DNA from: Nitrospirota bacterium
Lineage (GTDB): Bacteria > Nitrospirota > UBA9217
Direction of reading: 5' to 3'
Assembly: GCA_963749655.1 (NCBI GenBank)
Contig: CAVVOB010000030.1
Coordinates: forward strand, 32,001-96,000
DNA: 64,000 nucleotides
Shown here piece by piece: positions 1 to 10,713 of the stretch (position 1 is its first letter; every line of letters begins with the position of its first letter). A program made the position numbers and the translations under genes. Under the pieces are notes generated by a model. The model was not told where the DNA came from. It did no database searches and worked only from the letters and a program-made list of their open reading frames with translations.

Positions 1-1781
1 ACGCTGCCTTTTAAAAGTGACTTCCAGAGAACTTTACCGGTACTCACCGACACCGCCTTGATATCGATGTCTTTAACATATGTCCTCGTTGAATGATACA
101 CACGTTGAGAATTTGTTGCGATTATTACTGCGTCCGCCCTCATCACCCGCCCCACTGTCTGCGCACTTTCATGAGTAAGACTCGCTGGAGATATTGCCCG
201 TTCCTCTAAAATCGAATTCAAAGAGCCCCTGTCGACGCACTCGCTCCCCAACCTCATGAGTGTGAGCTCAATCCTGTCCGTAATTCTTCTTGCAGCTCTC
301 TGGTCTATATCCGTGTACGAAAAATCAGAGCTTGGATTTAGCCGTTCGACCGGTAACACAAGATATGATCGGATCTTGCTCTTGCCAATCTTGGGGTCTA
401 CATAACTCTTGTCGCTGATCTCGAAGTTCAAATCTATCGTGTCAGCCAGCGAACCCGGTACGTAGCTCTTTGTATCCCGTAAGGCGTATGTTCGAAATTT
501 TTCCATATCGGTACGCGCCAGCTCATTCTGGCCTAACGAAGAATGAACAAACGATCTCCATCTGAACAGCCGTGGAATATCGCCGTATCTGAGTGCTGAA
601 GAGTATAGTTCCACGGCAAGTGCATTATTTTTGGTTCGGGATGCATTGGCGGCACGTATCGCGTCTGTTTCTCCCTGCAATGACCACAACCGCGGATTTA
701 GGTCAGCTAGAGGAGCAACCTGCGCGGCAAAACTTTCCATTTCTTCAAGAGAACCTCCCCATCGAGGCTGCAGCGATTCCATGTAAGCGCTTCGCACGGA
801 GAACGATCGTTTATCCTTCTCTTCAGCTTTTTGAACTATCTGTTTTGCGGAATACGGCATATGTGTTGCTTTGGCCAGCTTAATAAGCCAAGTGTACGCC
901 GGCATCAATGATGGACTCTTGTTCGCCGCAGTCTGCAGATCCTTGGCAGCCTCGTCAAAGTGCAGTTGCATTTCGTTTTTTTGAGCTTGTAATGCTTCAC
1001 TCTTGAACATGTACCCCTTTGCATCAAAACCTTGATTCGCCCTGTACATGCCGCGTGCCGCATAGGCAGTAGACGATTTTGTCGCAGCAACCCATGCATC
1101 CAGGTCCTTTAATGCAAAATTTCTTTGATTGAACGTTTCAAATGATTCGTCAAGGTAGCATTCATATTGCGCATCCTGCTCATACTGCTGCAGCATCGTG
1201 TCGAACAATTTTTCTAATCCCTGATAATCACGACGGAAAAGCAAAGATGCTATTTTGTACGTCGACGGCGCTCCGTAATCCAGGCACTTGTTCAAAGCCT
1301 CGTTATGTTTTCGCGCCCGCTCCGTTATCTGTCTTGCGTCTTCAACCTTTACCTTTTTTACTTCTGCATTTTTTTCTACCCGATAAAACCGGAAATCGAC
1401 CGTCGACGTCGAGGTCTGTCCCGGGATCATTAGCGGGGTAAAGACCTGCAGAACACTGGTATCCGGCACCGTAACAGCCTTTTCAAGAGTTATCGTGCCG
1501 CTACCCTTCGTGATTGTTTGCATCGTATTCCCGATGAGAGACATTGTGCTGCCTGAAGAATCGTCTTTCTGGATCAAAAGATTGATAAGCGCCGAATCTG
1601 CAGCAATGCTGTACTCGATCTTCACCTTGATCCGCACTTCACTGCCCGATTTAAGTGGAATTGAGGGATCAGGAGACAGTTCGAGTATCTTGATGAAATT
1701 TCTTTCGTTGCTTGTGTCGGCGTAACTCGGTGAGAACAGCAATAAGATAAGGACTGATGAATACCAAAGAGCTCTATTCAT
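1..1781 (-). CDS. Secreted multidomain protein (DUF4034-like/TPR region plus C-terminal CsgG-like domain), runs off the window edge
   Basis: Not in the ORF track because it has no stop in the window. Manual translation from ATG 1781 (GGAG upstream) is open to base 1: signal peptide MNRALWYSSVLILLLFSPSYA, DUF4034-type motif SLQPRWGGSLEEMESFA, CsgG-like VDRGSLNSILEE...GRVMRADAVII...IKAVSVSTGKVLW. Confidence 0.75.
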   Translation of the reverse strand, partial: MNRALWYSSVLILLLFSPSYADTSNERNFIKILELSPDPSIPLKSGSEVRIKVKIEYSIAADSALINLLIQKDDSSGSTMSLIGNTMQTITKGSGTITLEKAVTVPDTSVLQVFTPLMIPGQTSTSTVDFRFYRVEKNAEVKKVKVEDARQITERARKHNEALNKCLDYGAPSTYKIASLLFRRDYQGLEKLFDTMLQQYEQDAQYECYLDESFETFNQRNFALKDLDAWVAATKSSTAYAARGMYRANQGFDAKGYMFKSEALQAQKNEMQLHFDEAAKDLQTAANKSPSLMPAYTWLIKLAKATHMPYSAKQIVQKAEEKDKRSFSVRSAYMESLQPRWGGSLEEMESFAAQVAPLADLNPRLWSLQGETDAIRAANASRTKNNALAVELYSSALRYGDIPRLFRWRSFVHSSLGQNELARTDMEKFRTYALRDTKSYVPGSLADTIDLNFEISDKSYVDPKIGKSKIRSYLVLPVERLNPSSDFSYTDIDQRAARRITDRIELTLMRLGSECVDRGSLNSILEERAISPASLTHESAQTVGRVMRADAVIIATNSQRVYHSTRTYVKDIDIKAVSVSTGKVLWKSLLKGS

Positions 1782-2206
1782 TGATTCCCTCCGCAAGCGA
1801 ATGAGTCTGCAGTGTAGGCGCATCATGCTCAACTACTGATCCATGCTGATCTGGTTCTAATAAAGTTGATCCAAAAGCGGCTGTAGGTGGTGTGGTAATG
1901 AAGAAAACGTGAAGCCGTTGACGCGTTCGTGCACACGATGACGTGATGAAGTATCGGAAAATCTGCTTTTGCGGGAAAGAGGGACCCCGCAAAGAGAGTA
2001 TAATAAATTTTTCGATTATGGCAAGAAAATTATCGGGGGATTTTAAGGGTACACACCGCCAACAGCGCATCGTTTACGCGTAGCAAAGGGGAAGCAGGGG
2101 CCTGTACAGGAAGGAAGTGTGGTAATACCAATTGCCACAGAGATGTTAGAAGGTCCGTAAATAGAATTATGGTTCTGCCCTGGTTTGATCGCTATCCTTC
2201 TGGCAC

Positions 2207-3265
2207 TTATCGAGGATAGGCATCATTCTCGCGACCTGCCCCTTTTTCCCGCAGCTGCCCGCAGGCCGCGGAGATGTCTCTTCCGCGCGACTCGCGCACC
2301 GGCGCGGTATAGTTGCTCCTTACCAAAATGTCCTGGAAGCGGCGGACCGCCGCCTCATCGGGCCTTTTGAACTCGCTCCCGGGAAAGGGATTGAAGGGGA
2401 TGAGGTTGATTTTGCACTTCATGCCCCGCAGCATCTTCGCAAGCCTTTCCGCGTCTTCTGCAGCATCATTCACCCCTTTCAACAGCACATATTCAAAGGT
2501 GATCCTGCGTCTCGGGTCAAGAGGAAAACGCCTGCAGGCAGCCAGCAGCTCCCTGATGGGATAGCGCCGGTTCACCGGCATGATGGCGTCGCGGACAGCA
2601 TCGGTCGTTGCGTTCAGCGAGACCGCCAGGTTCACCTTCACGCCGGACGCCCCCAGTTTTCCGATTTCGGGCACCAGACCGTCCGTGGACACGGTCACCC
2701 TGCGCGGCGAAAACCCCAGGCCTTTTTCCGACGTGATGATCCGGAGCGCCCTGATTACTTCGTCGAAATTTGCGAGCGGTTCGCCCATACCCATGAGAAC
2801 GATATTCGTTATGCTCCGGGCCCCTTCCCGTTTCAGAAGGCGGGAGATTTCCAGCACCTGGTCGGAGATTTCCCAGAACCGGAGGTTTCGGATAAAACCT
2901 CCGCGGCCCGTCAGGCAGAAACGGCACGCCTGCATGCAGCCGACCTGGGATGAAATGCAGAGCGTCAATCTGTCCTTATCGGGGATCAAAACGGACTCGC
3001 AGGTGTGCCGGTCCTGGAGCGCAAACAGAAATTTTCTGGTACCATCGGCCGACGATTCGGTCCTGGCGATAACGGGCAGGGAGACGAAAAAACGCGACGT
3101 CAGCACCTCCCGCTCCGCCTTCGAGATGTTGGTCATCTCCTCAAAGGACCGGGCGTGATGTGAATAGATCCAGGCCCAGATCTGGCCCGCCCTGTATTTT
3201 TTCATGCCTTGTTCGATGAGGGCGGTTTGGAGCGCCTCAAAGTCCAATGATTTAATATTGATCAT
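2207..3265 (-). CDS. rlmN: 23S rRNA m2A2503 / tRNA m2A37 radical SAM methyltransferase
   Basis: CISSQVGCMQACRFC, MGMGEPL, C-terminal RGRDISAACGQL. Confidence 0.97.
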   Translation of the reverse strand: MINIKSLDFEALQTALIEQGMKKYRAGQIWAWIYSHHARSFEEMTNISKAEREVLTSRFFVSLPVIARTESSADGTRKFLFALQDRHTCESVLIPDKDRLTLCISSQVGCMQACRFCLTGRGGFIRNLRFWEISDQVLEISRLLKREGARSITNIVLMGMGEPLANFDEVIRALRIITSEKGLGFSPRRVTVSTDGLVPEIGKLGASGVKVNLAVSLNATTDAVRDAIMPVNRRYPIRELLAACRRFPLDPRRRITFEYVLLKGVNDAAEDAERLAKMLRGMKCKINLIPFNPFPGSEFKRPDEAAVRRFQDILVRSNYTAPVRESRGRDISAACGQLREKGAGRENDAYPR

Positions 3266-3624
3266 TATCCGGTCCGTAATTCCGTAATGTTGAAGCTCCT
3301 GTCAGGAAGCTGCGGGAAAGCTCCATTCTTAACGTAGAGAATGGAGCTTATCCGTTCTCTAATCCCGCGATAAGCTGCCGGGAATGCGCTCCCTCGGGAA
3401 TTCATTCGTGAGCAGAATCTAACATCTTTAACCCTCAAAATCAAGCTGACAAAAAAAGGCATACCGGGAATCGACGGTGTAGCGTTTTCGGGCATGCTTT
3501 GCAGTAGTGTTGTTGAGTATCGTATTGTTTATTAAGGAATTCATACGGCAGCAGCAGAAAAAGGGCGAGTATGACAATTGCAGTATCTCTACCGGGTGTG
3601 TACTTCCCCACAAGGAGCGGCAAG

Positions 3625-4020
3625 ATGCCGATAAAATCCATGACAAGAAGGATTCTCATAGTCGATGATGAGCCGACCATCCTGCTGACGCTTTCCTATG
3701 CACTGCGGTCCGACGATGTGGAGGTCATTACCGCCAGCAGACTTGAGCCCGCAGAGGAAGCCCTCAGCCGCTATCGTTTCGACCTGGTTATCGTCGATAT
3801 CCGCATGTCGGGGGTGCTCGGCGTGGAGGGACTGGAACTGCTGAGCTACATCAAACGCCAGTGGCCCGATACGGAGGTGATCATCATGACCGCCTATGGG
3901 TCGGACGAGATGAAGCGGGATGCCTACGAGCGGGGGGCCAAGCATTACTACAACAAGCCGATCGACATCGACGATCTTTTCCAGCGCATACGCGAAATGG
4001 GGATTCCCGTCAAGCAATAG
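3625..4020 (+). CDS. Single-domain response regulator (receiver)
   Basis: ILIVDDE, DIRM, IIMTAYG, KP motifs; AAGGAG RBS before ATG 3625. Confidence 0.88.
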   Translation: MPIKSMTRRILIVDDEPTILLTLSYALRSDDVEVITASRLEPAEEALSRYRFDLVIVDIRMSGVLGVEGLELLSYIKRQWPDTEVIIMTAYGSDEMKRDAYERGAKHYYNKPIDIDDLFQRIREMGIPVKQ

Positions 4021-4088
4021 AAGTTAGTTCGGGGTGGGGTTGTGCCGGAACGCGGCACAGGAGCGCGATCCAAAGGGGGACGAAAGTA

Positions 4089-4466
4089 ATGCTGAAAAAA
4101 GTTCTGGTAATAGATGATTCTGCATTGATCCACCAGATGTATAAGATGGTCCTGATGCGATACAAGTGCAGCATCATAAATGCCATGAACGGCCAGGATG
4201 GGATCGACAAGCTTGCAAAGAATCCCGATGCCAATCTGATCCTGCTCGACATCAATATGCCGATGATGAACGGGCTGGAATTCATCAGGAAGGTGAAGGA
4301 ACTCGGCAAGTACGATCACATCCCCATCGTCATTGTCAGCACCGAAGGCAAGGAGGAAGATACGATGCGCGGCCTGGCACTTGGTGCAAAAGGATACGTA
4401 AAGAAGCCCTTCCAGCCGAGCGACCTCCATGCGTTGATCGAGAAGCTTTATCCGTCGGGCAAATGA
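4089..4466 (+). CDS. CheY-like single-domain response regulator
   Basis: VLVIDDS, LLDINMPMMNG, IVST, KPF; start taken at ATG 4089. Confidence 0.9.
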   Translation: MLKKVLVIDDSALIHQMYKMVLMRYKCSIINAMNGQDGIDKLAKNPDANLILLDINMPMMNGLEFIRKVKELGKYDHIPIVIVSTEGKEEDTMRGLALGAKGYVKKPFQPSDLHALIEKLYPSGK

Positions 4467-4662
4467 TAAACAGAGAAAGGCGTGGATTCGAAGGCCCTGC
4501 CTGCGCCGCCAGAAAGGGTTGCGGCAGGAGCATGCCGAGATTCATCATAACGTCAGCCCCCTGTCTCGCGGCCCTCTGCATGCCAGCAAGCTTTGTACGG
4601 GCCGGGATCAGGATGGGCATCCTGCCTCGGCAGAACGCACTTGAGCTTTACACCATGTACAG

Positions 4663-5461
4663 CTAGCTGGAACCGGGGCTTTCCGGTGCGGGCTGATTCT
4701 TCTGCTGCTGATGGTAGAGAATGAGGTACTCTTTTTCCAGGTCATCGAATTTCGCCTGAAGCTGCAAGAGCAGGCGGGACTTTTTCTTCAACTGATCCTC
4801 GGCTTCCCAGTTTGGTCCTCAGATCGTCCAGTTCTCCCTCTTCCCCGTGGTGCGAAGACTTTGACACCCGCGAACCCGGCGTGTCGACCGCTGCCCGAGC
4901 GGCATCCCGGCTGACGGCTGCAAACTTCTGCTTCAGTTCTTCCGCTGTCTGACGAACTCCGACAAGGTCCGAAACCGCATCCCGGTACCTCCGAGTCAAT
5001 GTTCTGAGCTCCCGGAAGCCTTTTTGCACTGCATCGTATACGTTTGCCGCCGTCCCTTCCGCGGCGATTCTTTCAATTGCGTTGAACAAAGCCGGCCGGT
5101 TTTGTTCGATGTTCTGCGTCAGGGAAATCTGTTCCGTTGCTTCCCTGCGGAAGCTGATGATCCCGACGCGGTCGTCAACTTCGAGCAAGGAAATAAAAAG
5201 CTTCAGAGCCCCTTTCCAGTAGGCCGACGGGTCCGCCCTCGCCATGGCCTCGGAGCCGTCAACAAGAAGAACGATGTCGCATCCCCGGTCCAGCGCTTCG
5301 GGGAAATCCAGGGTGCTCGTCGAAGGCAGCGAAACAAGGGCGATCGGATCGGGATTCACCAGCGCCGCCGGTCCCTCTGCAGCCGAAGAAACAGCATGCG
5401 ATGACGTCGGCGGCTCACCCCGGACGGTCTCAGGTCTGCTTTCGGCATGGCATGTGTCCAC
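4663..5461 (-). CDS. VWA-domain protein with coiled-coil tail (apparent frameshift near 4808)
   Basis: DIVLLVDGSEAM and DDRVGIISF von Willebrand A motifs; removing one G from CTGGGAAGCC gives a continuous tail EAEDQLKKKSRLLLQLQAKFDDLEKEY...* ending at 4663. Confidence 0.6.
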
Positions 5462-5686
5462 ACAGAAAGGGAGCGCCCGGGCTGAGCATCAGAACGACGA
5501 GTCCGACTGCAACATATGTCAATTGTGTGCTGGACATGCCTCTAGAGATTTTATCGGCAAAATGTCGGATATCTTTAATGAAATCAGATCATGCCTGTGC
5601 AGCTGTTCGTAAAGAAAACAGTAAAATCACGTGACAAATCATGGATCTCTGACGAAAACGGCGGTCCGCGGAAAAACAGAAAAACC

Positions 5687-5716
5687 TTGACACTTTCAAC
5701 GCGGAGATGTTATTTT
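5687..5716 (+). promoter_or_regulatory. Putative sigma70 promoter at the head of the C1 cluster
   Basis: TTGACA (5687), 18 bp spacer, TGnTATTTT extended -10. Confidence 0.5.
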
Positions 5717-5741
5717 GTTCTACTATTTTGAGGAGATCGGC

Positions 5742-6521
5742 TTGAAAATCGCAATTACCGGCAAGGGTGGCGTGGGCAAAACCACGCTGGCCGGACTCCT
5801 GGCGCGATTGTACGCTTCGGAGGGGAAAAAGGTTCTGGCTGTTGATGCTGACCCTGATGCCAATCTGGCGTCGGCGCTGGGGATCGAGCCGGAGGCAGCG
5901 GCCCGTGCGCTGCCGCTTGCGGAACAGTCGGACATGATCGAGGAGCGCACCGGCTCCCGTCCCGGCGCTCCCGGGGGCATGTTCAGCATCAATCCAAAGG
6001 TAGACGATATCCCGGAAGCGTATGGTGTCGAGTATCAAGGCGTACGGCTTCTGGTCATGGGGAAATCGAAGGAGGCTGCGGCGGGGTGCTACTGTCCCGA
6101 GCATGTTCTCCTGCGCCGCCTTGTCAGTCATCTGATCCTGCGGCGTAATGAAGTGGTCATTCTCGATATGGAGGCCGGCATCGAGCACCTTACCCGCGGC
6201 ACCGCAAGCGGCGTGAATGCCTTCATCGTCGTGGTCGAGCCCGGCCAGCGGAGCCTCCAGACCGCGCGGCACGTGGAGAACCTGGCGAAAGGTCTCGGCA
6301 TCAAGAACGTCTTCGTCGTCGGGAACAAGATCAAGCAGGAGAGCGACAAGACGTTCATTGCCGGGCACCTCGAGGGCATGAAGGTCCTGGGCTTCATGAG
6401 CTATGCCGACGAAACGGTCAAGGCTGACCTGGACGGCAGGTCGCCTTATGATGCATCGCCGCGCGCTGTTGACGAGGCCCGGGTCATCAAAACCGCGCTC
6501 GACCGGTTGATGCAGCCGTAA
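5742..6521 (+). CDS. cooC: CO dehydrogenase nickel-insertion ATPase CooC
   Basis: KIAITGKGGVGKTT, DADPDANL, GCYCP, DMEAGIEHLTRGT; TTG start after GGAG. Confidence 0.92.
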   Translation: MKIAITGKGGVGKTTLAGLLARLYASEGKKVLAVDADPDANLASALGIEPEAAARALPLAEQSDMIEERTGSRPGAPGGMFSINPKVDDIPEAYGVEYQGVRLLVMGKSKEAAAGCYCPEHVLLRRLVSHLILRRNEVVILDMEAGIEHLTRGTASGVNAFIVVVEPGQRSLQTARHVENLAKGLGIKNVFVVGNKIKQESDKTFIAGHLEGMKVLGFMSYADETVKADLDGRSPYDASPRAVDEARVIKTALDRLMQP

Positions 6522-6528
6522 CCACATC

Positions 6529-7107
6529 GTGAAACAGGCGATCAGAAAACAGGCTCTGGCAGCGCGCGACAGCATGCCGACGGAACAGCGGAGAAAGAAG
6601 AGCCGGGAGATTGAAGAACGGCTCTTTGCCCTTCCTGAATTTCAATCGGCGCGGGTCGTCATGTTCTTCGCTTCATTCCGCAGTGAAGTCGAAACTGAGC
6701 CGATGATCCTCCGGGCGCTCCGGGCCGGCAAACGGGTGGTCCTGCCGAAAGTAACAGGCAAGGAACTTGCCTTATACGAGATCGGGGATTTCGGCGCCGA
6801 TATGGAAAGAGGCGCATGGGGAATCCCGGAACCGAAGACGTTCGCTCCCGCGAAGCTGGATGAGATCGATCTCATCATCATGCCGGGCGCGGCTTTCGAC
6901 GAGCAGGGAAACCGGCTTGGGTACGGCGCGGGTTTTTATGACAAGCTGCTGTCCGCATTCAAGCGAACAGCCGTCGCACTTGCTTTTGAAGCGCAGATCG
7001 TATCGAATGTTCCCGTTGCTCCCCATGATATTCCGGTCGGAAAGATCGTGACCGAGAAAAGGGTAATAACAACGCAGAGGGCAGAGGGCAAAGGGCAGAG
7101 AGCATAG
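6529..7107 (+). CDS. ygfA: 5-formyltetrahydrofolate cyclo-ligase
   Basis: [44 protein letters not shown]. Confidence 0.93.
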   Translation: MKQAIRKQALAARDSMPTEQRRKKSREIEERLFALPEFQSARVVMFFASFRSEVETEPMILRALRAGKRVVLPKVTGKELALYEIGDFGADMERGAWGIPEPKTFAPAKLDEIDLIIMPGAAFDEQGNRLGYGAGFYDKLLSAFKRTAVALAFEAQIVSNVPVAPHDIPVGKIVTEKRVITTQRAEGKGQRA

Positions 7108-7152
7108 CGCGTGGGGCAAAAGCAGTTACGCTAGGCCCCCTCCGCACTCTGC
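7074..7152. repeat. Heptamer array GCA(G/A/T)AGN with short degenerate inverted arm
   Basis: gcagagg gcagagg gcaaagg gcagaga gcatagc gcgtggg gcaaaag ... cctccgc actctgc; overlaps the last codons of ygfA. Confidence 0.7.
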
Positions 7153-7171
7153 AGTTCCTGCAGGTTCATCC

Positions 7172-7738
7172 ATGGACATAAAAAAAATCGAAAAAGGCGT
7201 CTTGCTCATTCTGGAAGGAATCGGCGAAGATCCGTCCCGACCTGGTCTTAAGGACACTCCGACCCGGGTCGCCGAGATGTACGGCGAGATCTTTTCGGGC
7301 ATCAAGGCCGACACTGCGGAACTCATGAAACCCATGGCCGGCGAGAGCCACGACGAGATGGTGATGATCCGCGACATTCCGTTCCACTCCATGTGCGAGC
7401 ATCATCTTCTGCCGTTCTCGGGCAAGGCGCACATCGCCTACATCCCGGGGGCGGGAAAGATCGTGGGCATCAGCAGCCTTGCAAAGGCGCTCGAAGTGTT
7501 TGCCAAGAGGCCGCAGGTACAGGAGCGGCTGACCGCGCAGTTCATCGATCTGATCGTCGAGCGGCTCAAGCCCAAGGGCGCCATGGTCGTGATCGACGCC
7601 GAACACCTGTGTATGAGCATGCGCGGCGTGAAGAAGCCCGGCGCCCGTGTTGTCACGTCGGCGGTGCGCGGCAGCTTCCGCAGCAAGGAATCGACGCGCA
7701 TGGAGATGCTCGAGCTGCTGACGAAGCAGGAAAAGTAG
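7172..7738 (+). CDS. folE: GTP cyclohydrolase I
   Basis: [40 protein letters not shown]. Confidence 0.96.
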   Translation: MDIKKIEKGVLLILEGIGEDPSRPGLKDTPTRVAEMYGEIFSGIKADTAELMKPMAGESHDEMVMIRDIPFHSMCEHHLLPFSGKAHIAYIPGAGKIVGISSLAKALEVFAKRPQVQERLTAQFIDLIVERLKPKGAMVVIDAEHLCMSMRGVKKPGARVVTSAVRGSFRSKESTRMEMLELLTKQEK

Positions 7739-7864
7739 GACTAATCACAAAGCATCAGATCAATACGGTTCAAGCCTTCGAGCACTTTATTTTTCTTTCA
7801 ATTTCGCATTCAACGTCCGATAATACAGAGTTGATCAACGTCAGGAACCTCAGGAGTAATATAT

Positions 7865-9952
7865 ATGGCATCGAACGATATCTGTACCCTTGAACCATAT
7901 CGTCCCTACGGCGCCGATATCAAGGAAACAAGGCCCTACTCGCCGTGCCGCGCGGCCTGTCCCGCGCATACCGACGTCCAGGCCTACGTGGGCCTGATCG
8001 CCCAGGGCCGCTACACCGAAGCCTTCGAGGTCATCACGTCGGTGAACCCCATCGCGTCGGTCTGCTCCATGATCTGCCATCATCCCTGCGAGCAGTCCTG
8101 CAGGCGCTGCGGCGTCGACGAGCCGCTGGCCGTCAGGCACCTCAAACGCTTCGCCATCGAGCAGTCGCGGGATTACCGCCGCGCAAAACGGAAGCTCACC
8201 GCCAAGACAAGAGGCAAGAGCGTGGGCATCATCGGCTCCGGCCCCTCGGGCCTCACTGCGGCGCGCGACCTTGCAGATATGGGTTACAACGTCACGATCT
8301 ACGAAAAGCATCCCGTACTCGGCGGCATGCTCGCTGCCGCGATCCCTCCGTACCGTCTGCCGAGAGAAGTGCTGAAAGAAGATATCGATGACGTTGTTTC
8401 CAGGGGCGTCGAGGTCAGGACGAACTTCGAGATCGGCAAGGACGCGAAGCTCGATGACCTTGCAAAGCAGCACGATGCGGTCCTGGTCGCCATCGGCCTG
8501 TCCCAGAGCCGGTCGCTCAACATCCCGGGCGTCGACGGGCCCGGCGTCCTGCTCGCCATTCCCTATCTCGAAGACGTTGCCTTCGGGCGCAAGCCCGACC
8601 TGGGCAAAAGCGTGCTTGTCATCGGCGGCGGAAACGTGGCCATGGACGTGGCGCGCTCTGCCCGCAGGCTCGGCGTCGAGAAGGTCGAGATGGTCTGCCT
8701 GGAGAACGAGCAGGAGATCCCGGCCTGGAAATGGGAAGTGGACGAAGCCGTTGAAGAGGCGGTCAAGATCAACTACCGCTGGGGGCCGAAGGCGGTGGTG
8801 CGCGAGAACGGCAAGGTCGCGGGCCTGGAAGTGACCAAGGTGCTGTCCGTGTTCGACGCAAACAAGCGCTTTGCTCCGACCTTCGATACGAACACTACGA
8901 CGGTGCTCAGGGCCGAAACGATCATCATTACCATCGGCCAGATGTCGAAGAACGATCTGTTCAACGACAGCCCGGTGAAGATGGACAAGGGCCGGGTCAC
9001 CTGGAACCAGGCGACCCATATGAGTACGGGCAAGAACATCTTCGTGGCAGGCGAGGTCGTGACCGGCCCGGGATCAGCCATCGCTGCGGTCGCGAACGGC
9101 CGACGCGCGGCCCTCGCGATGCACCTCTTCCTCCAGGGTGAGACCATTGAAGGCAGACTGCCGGTCCAGGAGAAGGAAAAGATCGGTCAGATGCCGTCGG
9201 AGGTCGTTGAGCTGGTGGCAAAGGCGCCGCGGATGAAGATCAAGCACCTGGCCCCCGAGGTCCGCGTCAAGACGATGACGCATTTCGAGGAAGGTTTTAC
9301 CGAGCAGGAAGCGCTCGAAGAGGCCGGCAGGTGCCGCGGCTGCGGCGGCGGAGCCGTGGTCGACCAGAAAAAGTGCATGGCCTGTCTCACCTGCCTGCGC
9401 GTGTGCCCCTACGGGGCCCCGGTCGTCGAAGCCTATTCCACAATCCGGCCCGAGTACTGCCAGGCCTGCGGCCTCTGCGCGCCTGAATGTCCTGCCCAGG
9501 CCATCAGCATGGTAAGCTACGATGTGCGTGAAATCAGGAACACCATCCCGGCCCTCGTCGGAAAAAGTGAAGCCAAAAGGCAGGAACCCCTGATCGTCGC
9601 CCTGATGTGCAACCACCATGCAAAGGTCATGGGGGTGCCGGCGAATGTAAAGGCTGTTCCGGTCCACTGCACCAGCAGGATCGATACCCTCGATCTGCTC
9701 AAGGCCTTTGAAGCAGGGGCAGACGGCGTCGCCGTTGTGCGCTGTGAAAGCGGCACCTGCAAGTACCGCGACATCGAGCCGCGGGTGAATGCCCGGGTCA
9801 AGCGCGTTCAGGACCTGATCGGCAGCCTGGGCATCGACAAGGCCAGGATAGAGATCCTTTCAGTCGCCCCCGGGAACGGGAGCAACACCTATGCAGCAGC
9901 CTGCGCGGAATTTTCCGAGCGGATGAAAAAACTGGCGCCAGCCGGAAAATAA
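7865..9952 (+). CDS. FAD/NAD(P) oxidoreductase (GltD/NfnB-like) fused to a 2x[4Fe-4S] ferredoxin and an MvhD/FlpD domain
   Basis: PCRAACP...VCSMICHHPCEQSCRR; GSGPSG; GGGNVAMD; CMACLTCLRVCP, CQACGLCAPECP; MvhD-like VHCTSRID...AFEAGADGV...C...C. Confidence 0.85.
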   Translation: MASNDICTLEPYRPYGADIKETRPYSPCRAACPAHTDVQAYVGLIAQGRYTEAFEVITSVNPIASVCSMICHHPCEQSCRRCGVDEPLAVRHLKRFAIEQSRDYRRAKRKLTAKTRGKSVGIIGSGPSGLTAARDLADMGYNVTIYEKHPVLGGMLAAAIPPYRLPREVLKEDIDDVVSRGVEVRTNFEIGKDAKLDDLAKQHDAVLVAIGLSQSRSLNIPGVDGPGVLLAIPYLEDVAFGRKPDLGKSVLVIGGGNVAMDVARSARRLGVEKVEMVCLENEQEIPAWKWEVDEAVEEAVKINYRWGPKAVVRENGKVAGLEVTKVLSVFDANKRFAPTFDTNTTTVLRAETIIITIGQMSKNDLFNDSPVKMDKGRVTWNQATHMSTGKNIFVAGEVVTGPGSAIAAVANGRRAALAMHLFLQGETIEGRLPVQEKEKIGQMPSEVVELVAKAPRMKIKHLAPEVRVKTMTHFEEGFTEQEALEEAGRCRGCGGGAVVDQKKCMACLTCLRVCPYGAPVVEAYSTIRPEYCQACGLCAPECPAQAISMVSYDVREIRNTIPALVGKSEAKRQEPLIVALMCNHHAKVMGVPANVKAVPVHCTSRIDTLDLLKAFEAGADGVAVVRCESGTCKYRDIEPRVNARVKRVQDLIGSLGIDKARIEILSVAPGNGSNTYAAACAEFSERMKKLAPAGK

Positions 9953-9993
9953 AAGCTTGGAACAATGAGCATGATGATAAAGGAGCATTGACC

Positions 9994-10695
9994 ATGATCG
10001 TAGGATCGCAAAAACCAATTGAAGAAATCTGGAACATGGTAAAGGACTTCAAGAAGGTCCTGGTGTTCGGATGCAACACCTGCGTGGCCATCTGCCATGC
10101 GGGCGGCGAGAAGGAAGCCGAGACCATCGCGTCGCTGATCAGGATGAAGGCATCGCAGGAAGGCAGGCAGATGACCGTGGATCACCTGGGCGTGATGCGC
10201 CACTGCGAGCCCGAGTACTTCGAGCCAGTCATCGACAAGGTCAAGTCCTACGACCTCGTCCTCTCGACCGCCTGCGGCGTGGGCGTGAACTTCCTGTCCG
10301 ACCGGACCGGCACGGTGCCGGTCTATCCCGGCATCAACACCTCCTTCTACGGCGCCGTGGAAGCGCCCGGCGTGTTCAAAGAGCTCTGCGCCGGATGCGG
10401 CAACTGCATTCTCCACCTGACCGGCGGCCTCTGCCCCATTGCCCGCTGCTCCAAGACGCTCATGAACGGTCCCTGCGGCGGCACGAACAAGGGCAAGTGC
10501 GAGGTCTCGAACGAGATCGACTGCGTGTGGTATCTCATCGTCGAGCGGATGAAGAAGCTCGGCACGCTCGACAAGCTCACCGAGATCCAGCCGCCGAGGA
10601 ACTGGTCCACGTCCCGTGACGGCGGACCGCGGCGCGTGTCGCTGGAGCATATCCGCGAGTACGAGGAAAAGGAAGCGGCAAAGGCAGGGAAATAG
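9994..10695 (+). CDS. metV: Methylene-THF reductase small Fe-S subunit MetV
   Basis: GCNTCVAICHAGGE, ACGVGV, CAGCGNC...CPIARCSKTLMNGPCGG...CVW; directly upstream of metF. Confidence 0.9.
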   Translation: MIVGSQKPIEEIWNMVKDFKKVLVFGCNTCVAICHAGGEKEAETIASLIRMKASQEGRQMTVDHLGVMRHCEPEYFEPVIDKVKSYDLVLSTACGVGVNFLSDRTGTVPVYPGINTSFYGAVEAPGVFKELCAGCGNCILHLTGGLCPIARCSKTLMNGPCGGTNKGKCEVSNEIDCVWYLIVERMKKLGTLDKLTEIQPPRNWSTSRDGGPRRVSLEHIREYEEKEAAKAGK

Positions 10696-10713
10696 CAGCA
10701 AAAGATCATTTTA

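Noticed and set aside
593-2070. Short ORFs listed in the track at 593-2070
   Set aside because: They overlap the long minus-strand gene 1-1781 or lack coding features.
6400-6530. 6S RNA, often found upstream of ygfA
   Set aside because: ygfA follows cooC after only 7 bp, leaving no room.
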